Origin: an uncultured Actinomycetes bacterium
Lineage (GTDB): Bacteria > Actinomycetota > UBA4738 > HRBIN12
NCBI GenBank assembly: GCA_963771385.1
Contig: CAVYTE010000017.1
Span: 6,096 to 70,095 of the forward strand
Length of the DNA stretch: 64,000 bases
Direction of reading: 5' to 3'
The position numbers were made by a program, and so were the translations under genes. Shown piece by piece: positions 10,637 to 20,000 of the stretch. Within the stretch, counting starts at the first letter, position 1. Every line of letters starts with the position of its first letter. The notes beneath the pieces are model-generated. The model did not search any database and was not told the origin of the DNA. It saw only the letters and a list, made by a program, of their open reading frames with translations.

Positions 10637-10640
10637 GGAG

Positions 10641-11498
10641 GTGGCTGCGATGCGAGCCACGGCGGGACCGGTGGGCGCGGCGAGCCCCTCGCCGGGCTCC
10701 CTCCGCGCCCGGACCTCGGATCGGACCGTCGTCGTGGCCGGCGTCTCGATCGGTGCCCGCGCGCCCGTCCGCGTGATCGCCGGCCCCTGCTCGGTGGAGG
10801 ACCTGGAGCAGTTCCGGACGACGGCGCAGGCCGTTCGATCGGCCGGGGCGGTGCTCCTGCGGGGCGGCGCCTTCAAGCCGCGCACGTCGCCCTACAGCTT
10901 CCAGGGTCTCGGACGCGCCGGGCTCGAGATCATGCGGCAGGTCGGCGACGAGCTCGGCATGGGGGTCGTGACGGAGGCGATGTCGGCCGACGACGTCCTG
11001 CACGTCGCCGAGCTGGCGGACATGGTCCAGATCGGCGCCAGGAACATGGACAACCGGGCGCTGCTCGAGGCCGCGGCCGAGACCGGCCGGCCCGTGCTGC
11101 TGAAGCGCGGCGCGACGGCGACGGTCGACGAGCTGCTCGTCGCCGCCGATGTGCTGCGCGACCACGGGACCGAGCAGGTGATCCTGTGCGAGCGTGGGAG
11201 CCGAACGTTCGAGCCGTCCACGCGGAACAGCCTGGACATCGGGGCGGTGCCCGAGCTCAAGCTCCGGACCGACCTCCCCGTGATCGTGGACCCGTCGCAC
11301 GGCACCGGCCTGCGCGAGCTCGTCACGCCGGTGTCGCTCGCCGGCATCGCGGCCGGCGCCGACGGGCTCCTCGTCGAGGTGCACCCGGACCCGGACGCCG
11401 CGCTGTCCGACGGACCGCAGTCGGTGCGCGCCGCGGAGTTCGGCGCCTACATGGACCGCGTGCGAGCCCTCTCGCTCGCCGTCGGACGGGCGATCTGA
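10641..11498 (+). CDS. 3-deoxy-7-phosphoheptulonate (DAHP) synthase, type I-beta
   Basis: All catalytic motifs are present: 'IAGPCSVED', '[17 protein letters not shown]', '[10 protein letters not shown]' and '[16 protein letters not shown]'. ATG 10650 (8 nt after GGAGG) may be the true start. Confidence 0.85.
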   Translation: MAAMRATAGPVGAASPSPGSLRARTSDRTVVVAGVSIGARAPVRVIAGPCSVEDLEQFRTTAQAVRSAGAVLLRGGAFKPRTSPYSFQGLGRAGLEIMRQVGDELGMGVVTEAMSADDVLHVAELADMVQIGARNMDNRALLEAAAETGRPVLLKRGATATVDELLVAADVLRDHGTEQVILCERGSRTFEPSTRNSLDIGAVPELKLRTDLPVIVDPSHGTGLRELVTPVSLAGIAAGADGLLVEVHPDPDAALSDGPQSVRAAEFGAYMDRVRALSLAVGRAI

Positions 11499-13135
11499 TG
11501 CAGACGGCGTCCCCGCTCGTCGTCGTGCTGGACCCGGAAGCGAACGACGGCGACCTCGCAGACGCGATCGCCGCCGCGAACGACCTCCAGCCCGGCGTGC
11601 AGGTCACCCGGGGGAACGGGTGGGCCGCGATCGCGGTCGGCGACGGTGTGCGGCCGGTCGAGGTGGGAGCCTTGCAGGATCTCCGGGCGGTCGAGCGGAT
11701 CGTCGAGGTGGACGTCCCGTACCGGCTCGCCTGGCGGGAGGTCTTCGGAGAGGACCTGTCCGTCGAGGTCGGCGACGCCGCGGCCGGCGATCGCTCCGGC
11801 GCCGTGACCTTCGGGGGCCGCGCGCCGATCCGCGTCATCGTGAGCTCCCGATGGGTCGGGGCCGGCGAGGCCCGGCTCGAGCTCCTGGCGCCGATGCTGG
11901 CGGAGGCGGGATGCACCGCGTTCCACGCCGGGCGCCTCGCGACGCCCGGCGAACGAGCCGCCGGTGAGGCCCTCGACATCGACGGGCTCCGGCGGATCCG
12001 GGGGATCGTTCGGAGCCAGGGCCTCGCCCTGTCCGTCGAGGTGGCCGACGTCAGCCAGATCGCGCTCGCGGAACCCGAGGCCGACATCCTGCAGGTCGGC
12101 AGCGCGAACATGCAGGACTTCAGCCTCCTGCGCGAGCTGGGAAGGACCCAGCGGCCCGTCATCATGAAGCGTGGGGCGGGAGCGACGGTCGAGGAGTTCC
12201 TCCTCGCGGCCGAGTACATCCTGTCGCACGGCAACGGCAACGTGATCCTGTGCGAGTCGGGGATCCGCACGTTCGACTCCCTCCGCAGGCCGCGGTTCGA
12301 GATCAACGCCGTTCCCCTGATCAAGGGCTCGACGCATCTCCCGCTGCTGGCGGATCCCTCGCAGGCGGCCCCGCATGCCGGCGTCGTGCCGGCCGTCGCC
12401 CGAGCGGCGATCGCCGCGGGCGCCGACGGTCTCGTCCTCGAGGTGGGAACCGAGTCGGTGCACGACCCCGAGGGGACCACGATCGACATCGACACCCTGC
12501 GACGGCTCACGGCCGAGCTCCGGCCGATCGCGCGCGCGGTGGGACGGACGATCGGGCCGATCGGTGTCGGGGACGGGGAGCCGCTCCCGGCCGACCCCGC
12601 GGACATCCTGCGCCACACCGATCGGACCCTCGCGCAGACGATCGAATCGATCATCGGGCTCCCGCCGGACCTGGACGTCGTCGCGCAATGGCGGCTCGAC
12701 GGGGACGCGTCGGCCTGGCTCTCGCCGCCGCTCTCACGCGGTTCGCAGATCCTCGGCCGGTGCACCGGATACCGCATGGGTTCGGTTCGCCTGTCGCGCA
12801 ACCTGTCGTACGTGGACCTGGGTCGGATCGACCCCACCCTCGCGGCCTTGCTGGAGACGCGGCAGCTGAACCTGGGGCAGCTGTTCATCGACCCGAGGAT
12901 CGAGAAGGAGGACTTCGAGTTCGGGACGCACGAGGACGCCGCGGAGATCGACGCCGAGTTCCGCCGATGGTTCGCCGACGAGGAGGAAGACCTGCACCCC
13001 TACGTGTGGCGGCGGTACCGCGCGGCGATCGGCGGGATGACGAGCTTCGTCGTCGTCGAGGCGCTCCCGACGCGGGTCTGGGACGGGCTCCTCGGCACCG
13101 ACGCCCTCGCGATCCGGCAAGGATGGCCCGGATGA
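11498..13135 (+). CDS. Fusion protein: degenerate DAHP-synthase-like domain + Rv2949c-type chorismate pyruvate-lyase domain
   Basis: Starts at aa 105 of ORF 11186..13135. The N-terminal and middle parts are paralogous to the preceding DAHPS ('ILQVGSANMQDFSLLRELG..PVIMKRG..ILCESGIRTF') but lack the Cys, KPRT and DPSH motifs. The C-terminal ~170 aa ('RTLAQTIESIIG..LSRNLSYVDLGRIDP..LGQLF..VWRRYRAAIGGMTSFVVVEALP') match the chorismate-lyase/DUF98 pattern. The ATG overlaps the upstream stop (TGATG). Confidence 0.65.
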   Translation: MQTASPLVVVLDPEANDGDLADAIAAANDLQPGVQVTRGNGWAAIAVGDGVRPVEVGALQDLRAVERIVEVDVPYRLAWREVFGEDLSVEVGDAAAGDRSGAVTFGGRAPIRVIVSSRWVGAGEARLELLAPMLAEAGCTAFHAGRLATPGERAAGEALDIDGLRRIRGIVRSQGLALSVEVADVSQIALAEPEADILQVGSANMQDFSLLRELGRTQRPVIMKRGAGATVEEFLLAAEYILSHGNGNVILCESGIRTFDSLRRPRFEINAVPLIKGSTHLPLLADPSQAAPHAGVVPAVARAAIAAGADGLVLEVGTESVHDPEGTTIDIDTLRRLTAELRPIARAVGRTIGPIGVGDGEPLPADPADILRHTDRTLAQTIESIIGLPPDLDVVAQWRLDGDASAWLSPPLSRGSQILGRCTGYRMGSVRLSRNLSYVDLGRIDPTLAALLETRQLNLGQLFIDPRIEKEDFEFGTHEDAAEIDAEFRRWFADEEEDLHPYVWRRYRAAIGGMTSFVVVEALPTRVWDGLLGTDALAIRQGWPG

Positions 13136-14691
13136 GCACGACGCCGGCGAACGACGGATCCGGCGCCTACAACGCGACGGTCGACCTCCTCGAGCGGAAC
13201 GTTCGCGAAGGCCGCGGCGGCAACACGTACCTGCGAACCGAGGAGCGCACCTGGAGCTACGAGGAGGTGGCGGCTGCGGCGGACGCCGCCGGATCCGGGC
13301 TCCTCGAGCTCGGACTCCGGCCGGGCGATCGCGTGATCCTGGCGCTCCGCGACCGACCCGAGTTCGTGAGCGCGTTCTGGGGAGCGATGAAGGCGGGCCT
13401 GGTCCCGGTCCCGATCGCCCAGGGCCTGTCGGCCTCGGACGTCGACTTCATGCTCTCGGACAGCGAGGCACGGGCGATCGTGTGCGACGAGTCGTCCGCG
13501 GCGGCCGTCCTCCCGGCCGCCCGCGAAGCCGCGGCGGTGGCGTGCCTGTTCGTGGGTGGGTCTCCGCCGGAGGCGGCGCGCGCGTGGGACGAGGTGTGCG
13601 GCGGGTCCGCCGCGCTCCAACCCGCGTCGACGGGGCCGGACGACATCGCGCTGTGGCTCTACACCTCGGGAACGACCGGGCTCCCGAAGGCGGTCATGCA
13701 CCGCCACCGCCACCTGCGAGACGCGCCGAACGCCCTCGCCCGGCAGGTGATGGAGCTCACCGAGGACGACACGGTGCTGTCGGTCTCGAAGATGTTCTTC
13801 GCGTACGGACTCGGCAACAGCGTGTACCTGCCGGCGTCGGTCGGAGCCTCGGTGGTCGTGAACGGCGCGCCGAGCATCCCGGTGCGCATCCAGGCCCTGG
13901 TGAGCGAGTCGAACCCGACCGTGCTGTTCGGCGTGCCGGCGTTCTTCGCCGGGTTCGCACGCCTCCCCGAGTCCGAGCTTCCGGCATCGGTTCGGATCGT
14001 GCTCTCGGCCGGCGAGGCGCTGTCGGGCGAGCTGTTCGAGATGTTCCAGGAGCGCTTCGGGCTCCCGCTGATCGACGGCCTCGGGTCGACCGAGGCGCTG
14101 CACCACGTCACCTCGAACCGACCCGACGACGTCGTCGCCGGAAGTGCGGGGCGCGCCCTCGACGGGTACGAGGTGCAGGCGCTCGATCGGTACGGTCAAC
14201 CGACGAAGGCGGGCAGCTCGGGCGAGCTGTGGGTCCGAGGGCCCACGACGTTCGCCGGCTACTGGCGCCGGCCGGAGCTGACCGAGCGGGCGTACTCGGG
14301 CGAGTGGATGCGGACCGGCGACGTGGTCCGCATCGTCGACGGTCGCGTGTACCACGAGGGGCGGATCGACGACCTGATGAAGCTCGGCGGCGTCTGGGTG
14401 GCTCCGGCGGAGATCGAGGACGTGCTGCGGAGCCACGCGGACGTGGTCGACGCCGCCGTGGTCGCGGTCGACGACGAGGTCGGGGTCCCCGTCCTCAAGG
14501 CCTTCGTGCTCTCCGAGCGGGCCGACGCGGCCCTGCCGCGGGATCTGGCCAAGTTCTGCAAGGGCAGGCTCGCGGCGTTCAAGCTGCCCCGGTCCTTCGA
14601 GGTCGTCCCGGACCTTCCCAGGACGCCGACGGGGAAACTGCGGCGGTTCGTGCTTCGCGGCGGGGCCGGCGACCGCTCCGCGGTGTCTTGA
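13132..14691 (+). CDS. Aryl-acid AMP-ligase (benzoate/4-hydroxybenzoate-CoA ligase family)
   Basis: 519 aa with 'LYTSGTTGLPKAVMHRH', 'SKMFFAYGLGNS', 'GEWMRTGD' and 'PRTPTGKLRR'. The ATG overlaps the upstream stop (ATGA). Confidence 0.8.
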   Translation: MSTTPANDGSGAYNATVDLLERNVREGRGGNTYLRTEERTWSYEEVAAAADAAGSGLLELGLRPGDRVILALRDRPEFVSAFWGAMKAGLVPVPIAQGLSASDVDFMLSDSEARAIVCDESSAAAVLPAAREAAAVACLFVGGSPPEAARAWDEVCGGSAALQPASTGPDDIALWLYTSGTTGLPKAVMHRHRHLRDAPNALARQVMELTEDDTVLSVSKMFFAYGLGNSVYLPASVGASVVVNGAPSIPVRIQALVSESNPTVLFGVPAFFAGFARLPESELPASVRIVLSAGEALSGELFEMFQERFGLPLIDGLGSTEALHHVTSNRPDDVVAGSAGRALDGYEVQALDRYGQPTKAGSSGELWVRGPTTFAGYWRRPELTERAYSGEWMRTGDVVRIVDGRVYHEGRIDDLMKLGGVWVAPAEIEDVLRSHADVVDAAVVAVDDEVGVPVLKAFVLSERADAALPRDLAKFCKGRLAAFKLPRSFEVVPDLPRTPTGKLRRFVLRGGAGDRSAVS

Positions 14692-14778
14692 CGCGGCGCT
14701 CGAGCGGACGGACCCAGGGACATCACGAGGCACGCGAACCTGACGCGCGCGCTCGACGTCTCCGAAGGAACGCGCGGA

Positions 14779-14804
14779 CGCCGCTGAACGCGAGCTCAGC
14801 GGCG
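14779..14804. terminator. GC-rich hairpin between convergent ligase and ACP genes (possible bidirectional terminator)
   Basis: 9-bp perfect stem CGCCGCTGA / TCAGCGGCG with an 8-nt loop. No U-tract. Confidence 0.35.
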
Positions 14805-14821
14805 CCCGCTCGTACTGCTCG

Positions 14822-15106
14822 TCAGGAGCCCTGCGCCGCGGCTCGGTCCGGCGCTCCCTCGTCGATCTTCGCCTCGAGGAACGCCGCGAGCGCGCTGACC
14901 GACTCGAAGTTGTTCTTCACGACCTGATCATTGCGGATGATCACCTTGTAGCGATCCTCCAGGAACCCGATCAGCGACATGAGCCCGAAGGAATCGAGCA
15001 GACCCGACAGTAGCGGGATGTCCTCCGGCAGGTCGACCTCCTCGTTCTCGTCGAGCACTTCCTCGACGATGAAGGTCCTGATCTCCTTCTCGATCTCCGA
15101 TCGCAT
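14822..15106 (-). CDS. Acyl carrier protein (ACP-1)
   Basis: 94 aa at the tail of ORF 14822..16291, starting 'MRSEIEKEIRTFIVEEVL' and carrying the phosphopantetheine motif 'LLDSFGLMSL'. GGAGG lies upstream of ATG 15106. Confidence 0.85.
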   Translation of the reverse strand: MRSEIEKEIRTFIVEEVLDENEEVDLPEDIPLLSGLLDSFGLMSLIGFLEDRYKVIIRNDQVVKNNFESVSALAAFLEAKIDEGAPDRAAAQGS

Positions 15107-15189
15107 CGCCACACCTCCACCTTCCCTATCGTTCGATCGTCTCCGTTGCCTGAGCGTCTCGTGTGCCCCGACCGCCGCGCCACGCGCTC

Positions 15190-17036
15190 TCAGCGCCCGG
15201 GGATCACCCCGTCCAGAGCCTTGCGCAACCGTCCTTCGTCCAACAGCTCCGACCACCGGATCCAGGGGTCGCCCGCATACACGACCTCGGCCGGCTGGTA
15301 CTGGTACATCGTCTCCGGCGTCGACCGCAGCACGAAGGGTCCACTCGCGAACGCGTGCGGCTCCTGCGCAGCGTACGCATCGGCCAGGGCGGCCGAATCG
15401 AACCGGTACAGGAGGAACCGTTCGGCGTCGATCGTGAGCGCCGATCCCGTTCACCGCGCCGACCCGGAGCTGGCTCGGTGGCAGGAACCCGACGTCGATG
15501 ACCTCGAACCCCGAGAGCCGGATCGCACGGACGACGTCCACGAACCCCGGGGGCGACTCCCCCTCCGCGTCCGAGCGCACCGTCGACTCGGACAGGGCAT
15601 CCAACGCGGGGGCGGTCAGGACCTTGGACCAACGGATCATCGCGTCCGGCAGTGGAACGACGTTCGCCGGGTCCGCATAGCGCTCCGGCGGATCGGACTC
15701 GATCACGACGGTTCCGATCCGCCGCGTGCGCCCCTCGTGGGTGCGAGCCCGCAGCGGATACCCCGACCAGGATGCGTCGAACGCATGGAGGTCGCGGGCG
15801 GCGCCCTCGGACCCGAACGCATGCAGGTTGAGCCGGTCGCCGTCGACGTGGACGCGCAGGCTCGCGAGGGCCTCGCGTGGACGCCGCTGGCTCACGAGCG
15901 GCTCGGCCACGCGGATCTCGTGGCCGGCGCCGGCGAGGGCGGCGAGCAGCTCCGCGAACGGCCCGAGCGGACCGGCGATCTCCTCGAACGGAACCGGCTC
16001 CCGACCGCTCAGGAACAGTCGGGTGTCGCGATGCGAGTAGAACCACGCGTGCCAGCGGACGTAGTACCAGGGCACGGGTTCGAGCACGGTCCCGATGAGG
16101 GTGCCCTCGACGGCCCGTCCCTCGATCGTCCAGCGACTCCCCGTCTGCCGGTCGACGAACGTGCCGTGCTCGCGTGCGAAGGTCAGGGCCACGTCGCCCG
16201 CGCTCGGCACGTACGCGGCCATCGCGAAGCCGTCCTCGCCGGGACCGGCGAACACGACGACGGGCTGCCCGTCGATCGTGTCGGCGACCACCCCCCATCG
16301 CGCTGCACCTCACGCAGCGGGAAGGCGACGCTCTCCGTCTGCCCGTCGATGCCGACGACGACCTCGTTCTCCGGGTAGGTCGTGTCGAGGTTCCCCTGCA
16401 GGGTCTGCAGGAACGCCGCGTCCATCCCCTCGCGCGCGAACAGCTCCTCCCGGCCGTGGCCGTGCCGCGCGTCGGGGTGCGTGGGGTCCTCGGGGGGAGC
16501 ATCACGAGGGTGTCCGGGTGCAGGCCGAGCCACTCCGCCCACTCCAGGTGGTACGTGGCGATCCACGGCAGCCGGACACCCGCCGCCCGTCGGTCCATGC
16601 CGACACCCTCGTAGTGGATCCAGTGGCTCCCGCTGCGAAGGTCCTTCAGCAGGAGCGTCGCGTTCAGGAACCCGACCGAGCGGAACAGCGGCTCACGGTC
16701 GGGGTTGCCGGCGACCTCGGCCCGGAAGGCAGACCCGGACTGGCATCGCTCGCAGCTGACGACGAAGAACGGCTCATCGTCGACCCGGTCGTTGACCACG
16801 TGGTAGTTGTCGACCACCCACACGGGGTAGGCCCGCGCGCTGCCCCCGAACGTGAGCCCGACCACGTAGTCGTCGGGCCGCATGTGGGAGGCGCGCTCGG
16901 CCGGCACCATCTCGGGATGGTCGGTCCCCGAGATCGCCTCGCCGAGCTTCCTCGCGAAGCGGTACCGGTCGTACGCGGACTTGTCGAACGCCGGATGGCG
17001 GAGCTCCGTGGAGCCGGTGTCCCGGGAGGGATCCAT
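15190..17036 (-). pseudogene. DUF3179-like protein with long C-terminal extension; at least three frame breaks
   Basis: Fragments lie in three frames. ORF 15204..17036 gives the N-terminus ('YVVGLTFGGSARAYPVWVVDNYHVVNDRVDDEPFFVVSCERCQSG'). ORF 16183..16566 gives 'NEVVVGIDGQTESVAFPLREV'. ORF 14822..16291 gives 'IDGQPVVVFAGPGEDGFAMAAYV..WYYVRWHAWFYSHRDTRLF'. The last ~75 aa were read by hand to TGA 15190..15192. Confidence 0.55.
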
Positions 17037-17039
17037 CGA

Positions 17040-20000
17040 TCACGTCACCACGATCGCGAACGGTGCCGAGTAGGCGGCGGCGCCGACGCCGGGGTTCTCC
17101 AGCCGGGCACGGAACTCATAGGTGCCCGTGCCGGCGTCGGGGACGAACGTGGTGTTCGTGCCGGTCTGGTTCAGCCGCCAGTTGGTCCAGGTGGAGCTGC
17201 CGGGCCGGCGGAGCTGGACGTCGACGACGTAGCCCGCCGGCAGCGGCGCCGAGGCCCAGGTCACCCCGAACGATGTGCTGGTGCCCCCGGTCGTGGGCGA
17301 GACCACCATCGGCACGCTCACCGAGCCGGTCATGTTGCTCGGACCCAGCGTGCTGCGGTAGGGGTAGTTGCCCGCGGCGGCGAAGGTGAACTGGTGCGTG
17401 CCGGTGGGTGCGATCGTCCCCGAACCGAACAGGCCCATGCCGGTGGTGTCGGTCACGTTGTGGTTGACCGCGCTGATGTTGGTCCATCGCACGGTCTGGC
17501 CGAGCGCGATCGCGACGTTCTTCGGCGTGAACCTGGTGGCCTCGATCGACACGCCCACGGTCGTGGCCTGGGTGTAGGTGGCCGTGTAGGTGACCGGGGA
17601 GCTCACGACGACGTTGTGCGACTGCGCCCCCCCGTCGGACCAGGAGACGAACTCGTAGGAGCTCCCGCTCAGGCTCTGGGGCGAGGGCGCGTTCAGCGCG
17701 TTCGCGGAGCCGACGATCACGGTGCGGGTGAACGGCGTCGCCACGCTCTCACCGTTCAGGTCCAACGAGAGCCCGGTGGGGCTGGATCCCATCGTGATGG
17801 TGGTCGTCTCGGGATAGATCAGCACGCTCGTCGTGTCGGACAGGCCCCCGGAGTCGGTGACGGTGAGTCGGACCTCGAGGTGGGATGGATATCCGTGATC
17901 GGGAGCCGTGAACGAACCGGATGCAACCCCGGGGAACGTCTGCGGCGGATAGGAGTGGCAACTCGACGGACAGTGGTGCAGGATCGACCTGCCAGGACAA
18001 CGCGGAGGCGGGAAGGTTCCCGGTCTCGGGGTCCGTCCCCTGTCCCGAGAAGGCCACGTTCTCCCCCACGTGCCAGGTGAACGCGCCGGTCGGTTGGTTG
18101 ATCACGGCGGTCGGTGGGCTGTTGCCCACGCTGATCAGGATCGACTCGGTGTCCTGCGCGCCCAGCGGGTCGGTCACCCGCAGTCGCACCGTGACGTTGC
18201 CCGGCGAGGTGTAGGTGAACTGGGGCTGGGGTGCCGTGGAGTCGTCGTAGGCGCCGTCCCCGTCCAGGTCCCACGCGTAGGTCAGCGCCCCGCTCTCGGG
18301 ATCGGTGGATCCGGTCCCGTCGAAGTTCACCACGAGGGGTGCCGGGCCCGAGGTGGGGCTGGCCCCGATCACCGCTGTCGGCGGCTGGTTGTTGGTCACC
18401 ACGATCGCGAACGGTGCCGAGTAGGCGGCGGCGCCGACGCCTGGGTTCTCCAGCCGGGCACGGAACTCATAGGTGCCCGTGCCGGCGTCGGGGACGAACG
18501 TGGTGTTCGTGCCGGTCTGGTTCAGCCGCCAGTTGGTCCAGGTGGAGCTGCCGGGCCGGCGGAGCTGGACGTCGACGACGTAGCCCGCCGGCAGCGGCGC
18601 CGAGGCCCAGGTCACCCCGAACGATGTGCTGGTGCCCCCGGTCGTGGGCGAGACCACCATCGGCACGCTCACCGAGCCGGTCATGTTGCTCGGACCCAGC
18701 GTGCTGCGGTAGGGGTAGTTGCCCGCGGCGGCGAAGGTGAACTGGTGCGTGCCGGTGGGTGCGATCGTCCCCGAACCGAACAGGCCCATGCCGGTGGTGT
18801 CGGTCACGTTGTGGTTGACCGCGCTGATGTTGGTCCATCGCACGGTCTGGCCGAGCGCGATCGCGACGTTCTTCGGCGTGAACCTGGTGGCCTCGATCGA
18901 CACGCCCACGGTCGTGGCCTGGGTGTAGGTGGCCGTGTAGGTGACCGGGGAGCTCACGACGACGTTGTGCGACTGCGCCCCCCCGTCGGACCAGGAGACG
19001 AACTCGTAGGAGCTCCCGCTCAGGCTCTGGGGCGAGGGCGCGTTCAGCGCGTTCGCGGAGCCGACGATCACGGTGCGGGTGAACGGCGTCGCCACGCTCT
19101 CACCGTTCAGGTCCAACGAGAGCCCGGTGGGGCTGGATCCCATCGTGATGGTGGTCGTCTCGGGATAGATCAGCACGCTCGTCGTGTCGGACAGGCCCCC
19201 GGAGTCGGTGACGGTGAGTCGGACCTCGAGGTGCGCGGGGTACTCGTGATCGGGCGCCGCGAACGAGCCCGAGGCCACGTCCTCGAATGACTGGTACGGG
19301 TGATCGTGGCAGTCCGACGGACAGTGGTGCAGGATCACCTCCCAGGAGAACGCGGACGCCGGTAGCGTGCCGTCCTCCGGATCGGTCGCGTGCCCCGCGA
19401 AGGCCACCGTCTCCCCCACGTGCCAGGTGAAGCTCGAGAGCGGCTGGTCCAAGATCGCCGTCGGTGGGCTGTTGCCCACGCTGATCAGGATCGACTCGGT
19501 GTCCTGCGCGCCCAGCGGGTCGGTCACCCGCAGTCGCACCGTGACGTTGCCCGGCGAGGTGTAGGTGAACTGGGGCTGGGGTGCCGTGGAGTCGTCGTAG
19601 GCGCCGTCCCCGTCCAGGTCCCACGCGTAGGTCAGCGCCCCGCTCTCGGGATCGGTCGGGTCCAGGTCCCGTCGAAGTTCACCACGAGGGGTGCCGGGCC
19701 CGAGGTGGGGCTGGCCCCGATCACCGCGGTCGGCGGCTGGTTGCTCGAGAAGTACTGGATCCGTCTGACCCTGCCGAGGCCGATGTCGACGTAGAACAGA
19801 TCGCCCGCCGGTCCGGTCTCGATGTCGACCGGGAATCCGGCGAAGTCGACGAACACGTGGGCCAGGTTCGGGTCGGGCAGGCCGTTCTGGCTCCGAGGCA
19901 TCGCCCAGATGCAGCTCCGGTTGTAGTCCGCGAAGAACAACGCGCCGTCGTACGAGTCGGGATACGCCCCTCCCTCGTAGAAGCCGACCGCGCTGACCAC

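Noticed and set aside
2626-15106. Calling this an exosortase / PEP-CTERM system
   Set aside because: Only the accessory families resemble the exosortase-A-associated set. No polytopic exosortase (EpsH-like) ORF and no PEP-CTERM-tailed ORF were found in the window, so only the resemblance is reported.
17880-19465. Diversity-generating retroelement (template/variable repeat) as the explanation for the diverged core of the tandem repeat
   Set aside because: Base differences between the two units involve all nucleotide classes rather than adenine-specific substitutions. No reverse transcriptase or Avd-like gene is present in the window.
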